62,956 bases of DNA, filler included, from Octopus bimaculoides (GCF_001194135.2; 4 parts of 4 records of this genome joined end to end with filler, not necessarily neighbours in it); one strand, 5' to 3'. Shown: positions 23,389-37,485, counted from the whole stretch's first letter. Made by a program: numbers and translations. Notes: generated by a model from the sequence alone, not told the origin.

Positions 23389-25966
23389 CATAATACATAT
23401 ATCAGTATACATACTTACATATATTTACATATATATATGTATATATATTTATATGTGTGTGCATATGTGCATGTATGCATTTATATATGTATGCATAGAC
23501 TAAATTATCAATTGTGTTCTTCCTATTTTACATCAGTAAACTAGTTAACCTTTAACCATGATCTTATCTAGTGGCAATGCTTATATACATGAAAATGAAA
23601 TTATCATCATCGTGAAGTTTATTTTCTTAGAATTCACGATGGTAAACCTTAAAAACCTTTATATAAAAATCAGAATTTTCACCTAATCACAACTCAGTGT
23701 ATATCATATTAAATTTAAAAAATTACGAAGTATCGTGTAGAATTACGGTTAGTGATATCATGCTAATCCGTTTCAAATTTATTCTATTTCTGAACTGAAA
23801 CCGGTGATAGATGTAAATTTGATCTTTCAAATCTCATGTATAAATCATACTTACATGGCAATGAAAATTAATATTCCGGTTATCTTATCTGTTTGTTTTG
23901 ATAACATAATCAATATTCAATTATAATTAACTACCTGATTATATTTGATGGACCAATTGAATTACTGCCAAGAATATCAGTGTCTTATTTTATGACATTG
24001 TTATGGTTGCAGGGCAATCAAATTTGCGTATAAACTAACAAGATATATGTTTAATATTCAACACCAGATACTACAATGACGGCTCATATCAGAATAACAG
24101 ATGGCTAAAGGACTTTTATCAAAAACATTATGACTATCTCCTTCCTAATAAATATTGAAAGTATTGTGCATCTTGAGCAATACGTTGCAGTGTATTTTTA
24201 AAGTTAATAGAGGGAAATTTGGCAGAATATCTGAATTTGTATTTCTAGCAAACAGATCGAGATTGTAGATACTTTCTTATGGGTTAATATCATATTTGTG
24301 CAGACATGATATGGAAGCTACCGTTGCGAACTGATATCCTTGCTGGGCTTCTAAATGTCATAGACTGAAGTTGTGCATAGCTAAATATGATATATTTAGG
24401 AACAGACTTATATAAATGGTGTGGTGAGCCAAGAATAATTTTTAATCAATCAAAATTAATCACGTAATGTAACAAAGCTTAATGTGAAATACAAAAAGAA
24501 TAGTAAATTTATAATTTGCAAAGGTCATATGAAATGCTGTAGTACGGTGTGAGTTTCATCTTACAGCGAAAATTCCGGACACATTTTCGTCTTTTAGACC
24601 TTCTCAACCAAATATATCTAACAATGAATACTAAATCAAAGAAGAGCTTTGAGAGGGTATAGTTTATTTGTAAAGATTATTCATAGCTCACGTAGCAGAG
24701 ATTGATAGATTAGATGATTTCTAAGGGATGCATTTTGCATGAAGGGCATATTCTTAAGTGCAGACTAACATAATATAATTATAACCAGTGAAATATTGAT
24801 TAATGGATTGCAATTCAATTCCTAATGAAAACTGAAACTATAATCGTTAATGATAATAAGAAGACATGAAAGAAAACACAAAAGTTTAAAAAAAGAAACT
24901 TAAATGTGATTATGCAGTTAAAAATGAGCTTCTCTTTGACAATTGAGGTGACAACTTCAGATTTGCTTCAAACTTATAAAACCTCATCAGCGTACTGTGT
25001 TGTTACGCTACAATTATCAAAATGTTTTGCTATAGAAATAAAAGAAACGCCAAATAGAAAATGAGTTACTTTTTGAAAAGTTACCTCACACGATGCATCT
25101 TGACATAAGGTGCATCACAGCTGTTTGTACAGTAAATCACTTGAAAGGTACCGGTGCATGATAGGTCGAAGCTATAGTAGCGCTTCTGAATTTATGAGTC
25201 TCGTGAATTCAACTTTCTTTCTCTCATGTTTTTTTTTTATAAAGTCTACGGAAACAGAGAATTCATGAAGTAAATCCAGTGCCATATACCTTCACATTGT
25301 TATTGATATCAGGTAGCCGAATAGTGTGAACGGGCTTTAAACAGCATACTACAAGGTGTATTCCCAAATATAAAATTACACACAGACAGACATACTTATA
25401 CACACACACACAAACACTCACACACATACATATAGTTTACTGTTCCTTTACATGTAGGATCAGCAATAGATATACACTATCCAGTGAGAGATAAATATCA
25501 GCCAATTTGCATATTTTAAAAAGGTGCAACTAATAATTTCGTACTGTACAGATACAATAATTTGGCAGATATATACAACGTGCCATATGCTGCCAGGCAG
25601 TCTTTCGGGCTAAATGCATACCCTTAGAATTATTTCAAAAACCAATACTCTGGTCTATGAGAAAACCTATTATTCTAAACCAGTTGGACTAAATATGATT
25701 TCTAAAGACAACGGGAGTAAATATTTTTCTTTCTTCTCGTTCTACATTTTCCACGAATCTTCTTCGTGTTTTCCTTCCCCTAATTTTTTATGTCTTTTCA
25801 TAGACTAGCGTCCTGGTTTTCACACAGATTCAGCAGTATGTGCTGAGCCTGAAAGAATGCTTGCAGACACATGGCATCTTGTTGAAATATTCCAAGTTAT
25901 TGTATCTTTACTGCATGAAACCATTAAATCCTTTTTTAAAATAGTGTATATGAATTGATATATGTA

Positions 25967-26005
<39 letters not shown>

Positions 26006-26105
26006 NNNNNNNNNNNNNNNNNNNNNNNNNNNNNNNNNNNNNNNNNNNNTTAATTAATTAANNNNNNNNNNNNNNNNNNNNNNNNNNNNNNNNNNNNNNN
26101 NNNNN

Positions 26106-26156
<51 letters not shown>

Positions 26157-26219
26157 TTGTATGTACATTCGCATGTATTCATATGTTTATATGAGATGGT
26201 GCGCAAACAGCAAACAGGA

Positions 26220-26560
26220 TAACGTCAACGCGTATCAGGAAGTCCTCCACAAGTTCTTAAAAAACTATGGTCTATCTCCTTTCAAAATAGCACTAATGCT
26301 GGCAGCTTCTCGGATGTTACTCTCGATTTAGCATCTAGCCTCTTCTACTCTTACGATAAACACAGCAGTTCTTACAATTTATCAATGTCCATTCTAATCA
26401 TCCTAGATTTGTCTTAAATGGCATAATTGAAGGTATTCTCATCGGGATTTCAATGAAGACCTGTTTAAAATAAGGATAATCCTAATTGTAACCAGGAACT
26501 CCGCAATTGTAGTTTCACTGAGAAAATTTCCTGTATCTCCAATACTAACCTTAAAGCGAA
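26220..26560 (+). mobile_element. Penelope-like RT C-terminal relic
   Basis: Translation: GSFSDVTLDLASSLFYSYDK / FINVHSNHPRFVLNGIIEGI. Same motif order as the PLE at 15616-15891; frameshifted. Confidence 0.65.
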
Positions 26561-26974
26561 ACTAGAACTTCTAACTCTTTATGACAATAGGGATCCGCAC
26601 TAAAGGAAATATACCCCTACCCCTCTCTCGCTAGAACTTTCAGCACAATATTTAGTAGATCCTCAGAATTGGGAAGCTTTATTCTGTAAATCATAAGGGT
26701 AAAAAATTAGAACAATTTTTACCAGTTGTTTACTTGCGTAATAAAAGTCATGCGGTAACATATTTTCATATATAAGAGCGCATATAGATATATACATAAA
26801 GAGAAGACTTACAGCAGGTCTTCTTACATGCTAGAAAGGGCAGTGAAACCCAACCGCCAAAAATAGTTCCAAAGGCACACTAGAATGAAAGGAACTATCA
26901 CATTTAGTTAATACATACATATATATATAAATATAATATATATCTATATATATATATACAGAGAGGAGGTGTGT

Positions 26975-27050
26975 TGTGTTCTTGAGCAAAACACATTTTT
27001 TCACGTTACTCCAGACCACTCAGTTGACAAAAATGAGTAATTTTGCGAGT
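26975..27050 (+). mobile_element. CORE-like SINE fragment
   Basis: GTTGTGTTCTTGAGCAAAACAC...TTCACGTTACTCCAGACCACTCAG matches the domain in 59555-59881. Confidence 0.6.
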
Positions 27051-27252
27051 ATGTATGACGCGGGAAGGATCATTATCCTTATACTGTATTCAACGAAGTC
27101 AACCACATTATTCTCTTGTCAAAATTGTCAAATATTGGAATCCGTGGAAAAGTGCCACACTAGATTAAGTATTTCCTGGTAAACGGAACACAACATGAGA
27201 AAATTACTATTTTTAAATCTCACAACGTGAGATATTCAGCAACAGTACTTTA

Positions 27253-27500
27253 TAGTAAAGATTGTTTGCCAACATAATACGGTTGTCCTAGTTTAGGACG
27301 AATGTTGCTGTAATTTAGCCCCAGGAGACATCGTCTCCAGCTGGCTATACGACACGATCTGTATCCTTACATTTTCGAAAATGTAAGGACACAGATCGTG
27401 TCGTATAGCCAGCTGGAGACGATTTCTCCTGGGGCTAAATTACAGCAACATTCGTCCTAAACCAGGACTACCATGTTATGTTCGCAAACAATTTTTACTA
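27253..27500. repeat. 248-bp spacer-less palindrome made of two inverted copies of the structured module
   Basis: Centre TTTTC|GAAAA at 27376/27377. Ends TAGTAAAGATTG and CAATTTTTACTA are equidistant from the centre. Confidence 0.95.
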
Positions 27501-27524
27501 GAAAACAACATGTTGGTATCCACT

Positions 27525-28260
27525 AAAGTCCATCAAAATTCACCAGTGAGTCCTTCAGGTGACTGTTTGGGGCCTGTTTTTATTTTTAGTCTATATAAAC
27601 GATATCCTAAGCGTTATGAACCACAACAAAATAAATATATTCGATATGACTGTAAGGTCCAGGAAATTATCATTGGAGAAGAAGATCGAACTACAGTCCG
27701 ATCTACATGCTATAAGCCAATGGGCGGATAAAAACAAAACGTGGTTAAAGGAGGTAAAATTTGAATTGATGCATTTTGGAATAAAAACGGCTCTCAAACA
27801 CCCATATTTAATTCCTACAAGGGAACTACTCACAACATCCAATAATATCAGAAACTTAGGAGTTAGCTGTTGACAACAGCCTCAGCTGGAGTACCCACAT
27901 CAACAACAAAGTGGATATGACTTGCATAATGGCCACCCAGATCCTCAGAACTTTCTGCTATATCCTCATTCCCCTCTTCTTATTCTGTGTACATTCACAC
28001 TTAGAATACTGCTGCCCCCTGCGGTCTCCCTACACCAAACGAAGCATTACGAGAATTGAGTCTTCCCGGAGCATTGACTAAAAAAAATCAGGGCAAAACT
28101 AATCTTGATTACTGGGACTGCCTTAAAACATTGAATCTTTATTAACTCCAACGCCGTCTTCACCGCTACATGATGTGCACAATGTAAAGAATATACCGCC
28201 AGCATTGCCCACACAACCTTAACGCTAGATTCATAATTGATCGATGGCTGGGACCACGTA
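27525..28260 (+). mobile_element. Degenerate CR1/L2-group LINE RT fragment
   Basis: LFLVYINDI...LQSDLHAISQWADKN...KFELMHFG...IRNLGV, followed by HLEYCCP-like thumb region. Many frameshifts. Confidence 0.8.
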
Positions 28261-28658
28261 CCACACGCTCCTACCCAATTCAGTCTCAAAACACATAAAG
28301 TCATTTCAACACTATCCCATTTTTTTCAAAAGGCTCTGTCTGCTCCGTTTAACATTATCTCAAAACAAATCAAACAAAATGTTCCCTTCACCTTCAAAGG
28401 AAACCTGTACAAATTTCTTCAAAGGATACCAAATACACTACCTATACTTCGATACGTCTCAGTCAGCAACTACTCCCTATTTGAATGGGCCATGATGACA
28501 CAAGACTTGACTTATAAATGACTTAACAGATCCTGTCAGGTGGCGTTATTTAGTAGGACGCGGCCTGAGCCAATTTTTTGGCCTAAACATATCTAAGTTA
28601 TATATATATATAAAGAAGGGATAGCTTAACAGACAGGCAGACAGACAGAGACAGACAA

Positions 28659-28705
<47 letters not shown>

Positions 28706-30133
28706 TATGTATACATACACAAGTACGATGTCAGGTGTTGTGTGTGTGGAAACAGGTATTTTCGTACGTTCGTATATAGGTATATATGTTGGTAAGTAAG
28801 GTGTAGTTTGTTAGGAAGGTAAGTAGGCAGGTAGGAAGATAAGTTTGCTAAAAGCACGCATGCTACTAAGTAGTAGCTATATTTATAGATGATTCACATG
28901 AAGGTACATATCGAATGAAATTAGATAAACTATAAACTATAACAAGACAGACACACCCACAGGCAAGGCTTTATCTCTTCTATTCACAGAGCAACGAGGA
29001 CAATAAGAACAACAGCAACAAACAATCTAAAAATATATAACTTCGTGCGTAAATAATGTAAACAATGGGACATAAGAAAACAAATTAGGTGACGTCTATG
29101 CATATATGTATGTGTGTATGTAGGTATATATACCATATATTTATAGGTATACGTATCTATATATATNNNNNNNNNNNNNNNNNNNNNNNNNNNNNNNNNN
29201 NNNNNNNNNNNNNNNNNNNNNNNNNNNNNNNNNNNNNNNNNNNNNNNNNNNNNNNNNNNNNNNNNNNNNNNNNNNNNNNNNNNNNNNNNNNNNNNNNNNN
29301 NNNNNNNNNNNNNNNNNNNNNNNNNNNNNNNNNNNNNNNNNNNNNNNNNNNNNNNNNNNNNNNNNNNNNNNNNNNNNNNNNNNNNNNNNNNNNNNNNNNN
29401 NNNNNNNNNNNNNNNNNNNNNNNNNNNNNNNNNNNNNNNNNNNNNNNNNNNNNNNNNNNNNNNNNNNNNNNNNNNNNNNNNNNNNNNNNNNNNNNNNNNN
29501 NNNNNNNNNNNNNNNNNNNNNNNNNNNNNNNNNNNNNNNNNNNNNNNNNNNNNNNNNNNNNNNNNNNNNNNNNNNNNNNNNNNNNNNNNNNNNNNNNNNN
29601 NNNNNNNNNNNNNNNNNNNNNNNNNNNNNNNNNNNNNNNNNNNNNNNNNNNNNNNNNNNNNNNNNNNNNNNNNNNNNNNNNNNNNNNNNNNNNNNNNNNN
29701 NNNNNNNNNNNNNNNNNNNNNNNNNNNNNNNNNNNNNNNNNNNNNNNNNNNNNNNNNNNNNNNNNNNNNNNNNNNNNNNNNNNNNNNNNNNNNNNNNNNN
29801 NNNNNNNNNNNNNNNNNNNNNNNNNNNNNNNNNNNNNNNNNNNNNNNNNNNNNNNNNNNNNNNNNNNNNNNNNNNNNNNNNNNNNNNNNNNNNNNNNNNN
29901 NNNNNNNNNNNNNNNNNNNNNNNNNNNNNNNNNNNNNNNNNNNNNNNNNNNNNNNNNNNNNNNNNNNNNNNNNNNNNNNNNNNNNNNNNNNNNNNNNNNN
30001 NNNNNNNNNNNNACGTGTGTATGCATTTATTTATGTGTGTATGTGTGTTTGTGCTTCTGTGTGTGACTGTGTATGCGTGTGTGTTTCTGTGAATGGGTGT
30101 GTTTCTGAGTGTGCTGTGTGTGTGTGTGTGTGT

Positions 30134-30183
<50 letters not shown>

Positions 30184-30520
30184 TATGTGAGTGGGCGAGT
30201 GTGTGTTACAGTAGTCAAAAGACGGTTGTTTTGGTTGCTTGGAGACAACGAATCAGTGTCGGAAGAAATTATTCACGGTATATTTTCGACCCTTGACGTT
30301 CTGGTTTCCGATCTCGTCTAAGTCACACTTTAGGTGTCGTTTCCTCAGGATTAACAAAATAAATTATGATTCCAGTAACGAGTCCCAAATATTTCAGCAA
30401 CGACTAACCCCACACATCGACACTGCTGATCTTTCGTCTAAATTAGAAAACATTAAAGTGTTGGATTTGCATAATCTTGAGGACATCGAACACAATATTT
30501 TGCATTATTTCTTCCCGCTC

Positions 30521-31135
30521 CAAGGTGACGAGCTGGCAGAATCGTTAGCACGCTGGACGAAATGCTTAGCCGTATTTCGTCTGCCGTTACGTTCTAAGTT
30601 CAAATTCCGCCGTTGTCCACTTTGCCTTTCATCCTTTCGGGGTCGACAAATTAAGTACCAGTTGCGCACGGGTGTCGATGCAATCGACTTAATCCGTTTG
30701 TCTGTCCTTGTTTGTTCCCTCTGTGTGTAGCCCCTTGTGGGCAATAAAAAAATAAGAATCGTTAGCATGCTGAACGAAATGCTTAGCGGTATTTCGTCTG
30801 CCACTGCGTTCTGAGTTCAAATTCCGCCGAGGTCGACTTTGCCTTTCATCCTTTCGGGGTCGATAAATTAAGTACCAGTTACGTACTGGGGTCGATATAA
30901 TCGACTTAATCTGTTTGTCTGTCCTTGTTTGTCCCCTCTGTGTGTAGCCCCTTGTGGGCAGTAAAGAAATAGGTATTTTCTCCGTTGCTACGTTCTGAGT
31001 TCAAATTCCACCGAGCTCGACTTTGCTCTTCATCCTTTTGGGGTGGATAAATTAATTATCACTTACGCACTGGGATCGATGTAATCGATCATACTCCCCT
31101 ACCAAATTTCAGGCCTTGTGACTATAGTAAAAAGA
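30521..31135 (+). mobile_element. Head-to-tail SINE trimer inside one 17-bp target-site duplication
   Basis: ATTATTTCTTCCCGCTC at 30504-30520 and 31136-31152. Three Nin-like bodies start at ~30521, ~30756 and ~30972. Confidence 0.9.
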
Positions 31136-33194
31136 ATTATTTCTTCCCGCTCTTTACGCTCTGCATTCAACAACACATAATTTGATACAGCTACTATAAA
31201 CCACTTTACAATTACATAAACATCAAACTGATCCCTCCCAAACTAGAACCCAATGTTTTTGTACCCTCTCCATTCTTTCTTTCACTATGCTCTAAATCAT
31301 CATCTCCTTCTTCATTTTCAATCGCTACACTGCTGCCATTGACTAACCACAGTTAATAGCGTTAATCATTATTCTCGTCGCCATCATAATCTACACCAAC
31401 AACATTACTTCTCTTACTTTTACAAAATCTCATCCCACCCAGCCTGCTAATCTTCTCAACCATGGCACGCGATCAATCTACTCTCTTATATTGCTCTCTG
31501 CGTATCTATACATGTGTACATAAGGGGCTACTCCTAGTTATTTATTTATTCCTTGAATTGTCTTCGGACAAAACAAAGTGCATTTTATTGGACTGTTTAT
31601 TTTTAATGCAATATATCAACACTCGGTCCTAAGCATTTGTTTTCTCCTTATAAATGGTCTACACAAGCACATTTGAAAATGTAATCTATGATTCAAATAA
31701 TCTAATAAAGATCCTAATTGAGTAAAGTAGACCTAGAGCATGTATAAATCATTTATCCTAGGCTTTCCAACGTATAGCATACGTATATAGGCAGAAATTA
31801 CTTTTGTAACTCACCACAAATCACGCAATCTCTACAATTAAATAGATTTTGTAAATTAACTCATAAATTTCTTTTAAAAAATTATTACCTTTTCAAAAGG
31901 TCGGGGAAGTATACTTAGTAAGTCTTTTAATCTTTTTCACACACACCTATAAATATAATTGTGATTTTGTTCCTTATTCTTTCTCGGATATATGTTTGCC
32001 TGACAACACATAAATTGCATTGAGCTCCAACATCCTTTCGCATGTAGAAACGGATTACGGTCTCAGAAGTACTTTCTGTGTAAACGCTTTGAATTAGAAT
32101 AGAACGACAATGCGAACACGTAAGTGTACATATACATGTCCGTGCGTGTGCGTATATATATATATATATATATATATATCTTGAATTTCCCTAGACTTAT
32201 TGAAATTATAAACAGAGTCCCCGCAAACGAAAACGGGCTCACATTTTATATATAAGGAGAAATTTAATATAAGTGATACAGCTTATTTAAAGAAGCTCTA
32301 AGAGAATGATATAGTCATATTTGAACGAAACGTTTATTTGATAGACGCTGTTTCATTGACTGACAAAGAACAAAATCTGAAACATCACCGATCGCAGTTT
32401 GAACTCGAAAAGTAAAGATATACAACTAAATACCACCAGTTATTTTTTCTGCTGTGCTAGAATACAAACTCTACGCATCCATGGCTCTTCTAGAGAATAA
32501 TCAATTGTTTTTACATATGTCATTGAGTCAATTAAATTAGAGAAATATCTTGATAAAATATCAGTAAAAGTATTCGTCAGAGTACATCGGGATAATGCTC
32601 TCTGAGGTACACTTCACTAGAATCAGATAAATTGCTATTGGAAATTAATTATTTTATTAATTAATTTATTTATTTATTGATAATCTATGTGTTGTATCAT
32701 GTAGAAAAGCTTTCGTAAAATATAACTGGATGTTTTGAATTAATGGGGTTTTTAACAGTAGACGTCAGAAGAGGTGCAGCTATGAAGAATTCGGTCTATA
32801 CCGAGATGATGGACTACTTTGTGAGGTAAGAATAACCGTATGAAAAAGAACAACAATCAATTGAATGAGTTCAATTTAAACGTCACGGTAGATACGGTTC
32901 TATGTTAAGTTCGTAGATATATCTTCAGATATATATTGATATATATACTGAAATTGTACCAGGAGAAATTGTAGTATATTTATTTTGTTACCAGTCAATT
33001 CTAAGTAACACTTAGACACTTAGAATTAACTACTCCTTATTCATCTTACCCTCTTATGATGAGACCTTCAATCCTGATGCTCATTATTACAAAAATACAT
33101 TATAAAAACATGGCTTCATATTTAGAATATACTGCATAGGGAACAACACTAGTAGACATAAACGCAATAAAGAATATAAAATGGTAAAATTATA

Positions 33195-33365
33195 CATTTT
33201 ATCATTTCTGTTTATTTGTTTCTGTCATTCGTCTGCGGCCATGCTGGATCACCGTCTCGATAGATTTTCTCGAACAAATCAACACCAGTACATTATTTTT
33301 AAAAAATTAAGTTTTATTCATTTTTGCCGAACCGGTTGCCTAAAGCGACAAAACAACCACCACAG
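33195..33365 (-). mobile_element. Degenerate copy of the SINE variant
   Basis: GTCATTCGTCTGCGGCCATGCTGGA and TTTTGCCGAACC match 7688-7851. Confidence 0.6.
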
Positions 33366-33467
33366 TTTTTCAAGCATGCGAAAGCGAAACAGAAATGCAA
33401 AGACGCAAACATACACACATATATAATAGATAGTTAGGTAGACAGATAGATAAACAGACAGACAGAC

Positions 33468-33523
<56 letters not shown>

Positions 33524-34610
33524 GCATGGATCTGGTACAGGGTTGCAGCTTAAGAAAGCTATTATTTATACTCTTGTAATATTTTAAACTATGAATAATT
33601 TATTACTTCAAAATTCATTGGCATATTAAATTTTAATATTTTTTATCAATGTCCAGAGAATTTGAACTGAAGACCTCTATTACTATACTCGTAGTTTAGT
33701 GATTTCTTTACCGTTCCACATGTATATCAAAGCTATATTTGATAATACAACTATGTACACATCTGTCTGCCTATAACTTCGATCTTTCTTATATATACAG
33801 ACGGCGGGAAAGAGTGTGAGTGAGATGATGAGACAGAGAATACAACTAAGTGCTGGAGGTGTGCTAGAATGAGGCAGAAACCCTATAACATAGAGACTAG
33901 GAAAGAAAGTACAAGAGGTATAGACACGGAGGTAGCGAAATATCAAGACAGACAGAGAGATAGATAGATGGATAGTGTGATAGATACACACATACGTGCA
34001 TGCACATATATATATTCATTTGGACGTACGCACGTATGTACGTACATATATGCATGACTACACGAACACATGAAGGAATAGCAAGGCAGGTGGACAGAGA
34101 GATGGAGTGGTGAAAATAGAGACGTAATAAGATAGATAGATAGATAGATAGAGAGAGAGAGCGAGAGTGGGGGGAGACAGCGAAAGAGAGAGAAAGCAAA
34201 CAAAGAATGGGGGAGAAATTATTACTGCTCTTCTTTGAATTTGCATGCAGCAAAAGTATTTCGTTATAAAAATTATTAGCTATTCAAAGAAAGAAATATT
34301 TAAAACAGTACGGCTCGGATGAAGCCTTGGCTCGGGTTTCAATCTCCGGAAGATTCGTGTTCACGAAGACGTGCATGATGAATAATCTATCAACGGTGAT
34401 TAGATCGAATTTCACATTAATGCTGTCACAGGCATTCTAGCATAAAGACATATATTATATTTCTTTGTCATGTAATTAGAATATTCGATCACATCTATAT
34501 AATGAAAGATGCATCGGTAGAGACACATTCAAGCGTTCAGAAGCACTAATATATATACATATGTGTGTGCGTGTGTGCGTGTGTGTGCGTGCGTGTGCGT
34601 GTGTGTGTGT

Positions 34611-34668
<58 letters not shown>

Positions 34669-35074
34669 NNNNNNNNNNNNNNNNNNNNNNNNNNNNNNNN
34701 NNNNNNNNNNNNNNNNNNNNNNNNNNNNNNNNNNNNNNNNNNNNNNNNNNNNNNNNNNNNNNNNNNNNNNNNNNNNNNNNNNNNNNNNNNNNNNNNNNNN
34801 NNNNNNNNNNNNNNNNNNNNNNNNNNNNNNNNNNNNNNNNNNNNNNNNNNNNNNNNNNNNNNNNNNNNNNNNNNNNNNNNNNNNNNNNNNNNNNNNNNNN
34901 NNNNNNNNNNNNNNNNNNNNNNNNNNNNNNNNNNNNNNNNNNNNNNNNNNNNNNNNNNNNNNNNNNNNNNNNNNNNNNNNNNNNNNNNNNNNNNNNNNNN
35001 NNNNNNNNNNNNNNNNNNNNNNNNNNNNNNNNNNNNNNNNNNNNNNNNNNNNNNNNNNNNNNNNATATATATAG

Positions 35075-35292
35075 TCAGATAGACAGACAGGCAAGCAGAC
35101 ATACAGACAGGCAAGCAGACAGACAGACAGGCAAGCAGACAGACAGACAAGCAAGCAGACAGACAGACAGGCAAGCAGACAAACAGACAGGCAAGCAGAC
35201 AGACAGACAGGCAAGCAGACACTGACAGGCAAGCAGAAAGACAGACAGAGAGGCAGACAGGCAGGCAGAAAAAACAGACAGACAGGCAGATA
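35075..35292 (+). repeat. (GACA)n-derived minisatellite, ~16-bp unit GACAGACAGGCAAGCA
   Basis: Direct reading. Confidence 0.9.
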
Positions 35293-37287
35293 GACCGAAT
35301 GAGACAGAGGGAAAATACTAAGTAATCTGTACTATATATTATGTACCACGCACTGGTACAAATAAAAAATGAATGCTTCAATACATACGTAAAGCAAAAA
35401 ATTATCGTAGGTTCTTGAGAATTCACTACCTTGCAATGATTAGTGATTTAGTAGTTCCCCTAGGAAATCCAGAACTACTTCAGAATTGTACATATCTGTC
35501 GTATTTATAGATGATGGGTTTGCCTTACACTTGTATGAGTCGTTGCCAGTATAATGATGTGGATTGAGTGAGAATGTATTTTTTACATACTGATTTGGTT
35601 TTGTATTCTGATGAGAGTCGTACGTGTGTTTATATGTGAATTTGTGTGTGTATGATAGGCATGTGTGTGTTATTTGGACAACAGTGATTTTCTTCCTAAC
35701 TAACATGGGTTTAGACTAGGCATAAACATCATCAAGCAGGCAACGCTCCTAAAAACTAGGTATTCTATTCAATTTATGTCAGCATATGTATATATATATA
35801 TATATATATATAAACAAATAGTAAATGAGTATATGCATATATACGTACAGGTATGTGCGTACCGACATCCACCTGTATGTATAGGTGCATATCTGGGTAC
35901 AGGACATTGCAAACAAAACGTAGACGAGAAAACACACAAGCCACATAGAGAACATTCTACTTCATTAGCTACCCCTGTTTTAACACCGGGGTTTCGAAGA
36001 GCTGGGCAGGACGCATCGTTAAAACGGCTCTTCCCATGGACCGCAAATTAAATTTGTATACACAAATTAAACCTTGCCATGGAGGAATGTAGTGGCGGAC
36101 AAAAAACAAGACAGGAAGACAAACAGAAAAGGCTTTACGGCCAGACGAGAAAAAATATGTGTGTATGAACGCTGTGAGGCACGAACTTGAAAGTAGGGAC
36201 GAAGTAAGTTCGCGTGTTTGCTCGGCGATAGCCAAGGAAGAAAATGATTATAGACCGGAAGCATGTGACCATGCCGGTGTAAGGGGAAGAGAGAGAGTGG
36301 TAGAGGNNNNNNNNNNNNNNNNNNNNNNNNNNNNNNNNNNNNNNNNNNNNNNNNNNNNNNNNNNNNNNNNNNNNNNNNNNNNNNNNNNNNNNNNNNNNNN
36401 NNNNNNNNNNNNNNNNNNNNNNNNNNNNNNNNNNNNNNNNNNNNNNNNNNNNNNNNNNNNNNNNNNNNNNNNNNNNNNNNNNNNNNNNNNNNNNNNNNNN
36501 NNNNNNNNNNNNNNNNNNNNNNNNNNNNNNNNNNNNNNNNNNNNNNNNNNNNNNNNNNNNNNNNNNNNNNNNNNNNNNNNNNNNNNNNNNNNNNNNNNNN
36601 NNNNNNNNNNNNNNNNNNNNNNNATATATATTGGTATTCTATTCAAAATCACACATAATAATCAAGGGGGTTGCAGTATGGGGAGGTACGCGGCCAGACG
36701 TTAGGGGTGACGTGATCACAGAAATTGCCTACGAAATTCATTCGCATGGAATTGGTTGGCCCGGGGCTATAGCGAAGACACCTCCTCAATTTCTCCGTGC
36801 TGTGGTACTAAACCTGAAACCACGTGGTTTCAAAGCGAACTTCTCATTCATAAAGCCACTCTTGGACATAGAAAGAAAAGCAAAAAGACTTGAAATGCTG
36901 TACAGAAGCAAGTTGGAATGCTAAGAAAACACTTTGACATAGCTTTTGAATTGAAGACATTTTGACACATAAGAAATGTGTCTATTATAATTGACATAAA
37001 TGGTGTAATAGACAGCTATTTCTGTAAAGATATTCATACATTTCATAACCATACCTGATAAAAATATTACAGTATCATCATGTACTGCAAAATTCACCGA
37101 ATACAGAAAACTGTTTTCATTCATACGTGTATTCATGACTTGTATGTATTTATAACTACCCTGATTTGTAAACACAGTCAAGGATAAATGTGCAGCACTT
37201 CGATTGCTTGGCTTTTGTCATCTTTATTAGTCTACTTGGGCAGTGCTTCTCCAACTGGCAAATATTATCAGCGCACGTTAAAATATT

Positions 37288-37485
37288 GGTTTAAAATTCT
37301 GGTACAAGACCGGCAATTTTAGGGGAGTGGTAACTCGGTAACATCTACCCTAGCATTCTTGAACGGATGAAAGGCAAAGTCGGTCTTGGCGGAATTTGAA
37401 CTCTGAACTTGAGGACGGACGAAACGCCTCCAAGCATTTCCCCACGAGGTGCTAACGATTCTCCCAGCTGTCCGCCTTGCCACAC
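37288..37485 (-). mobile_element. Nin-like SINE with ~10-bp TSD
   Basis: TTAAAATATT at 37278-37287 and 37486-37495. Minus-strand head AAGGCGGACAGCTGGGAGAATCGTTAGC. Confidence 0.85.

Noticed and set aside
24945-24995. Minus-strand CTGATGA...GAAG..GTC hammerhead candidate
   Set aside because: Stem I cannot form (GTACG vs ACC) and stem III is absent.
25245-25312. Exon candidate after a polypyrimidine tract
   Set aside because: AAG acceptor and GTAGCC donor are both weak, and the peptide is unrecognisable.
36921-37181. 86-aa minus-strand ORF with a faint cadherin-like look
   Set aside because: No cadherin calcium-binding motifs; expected by chance in AT-rich DNA.
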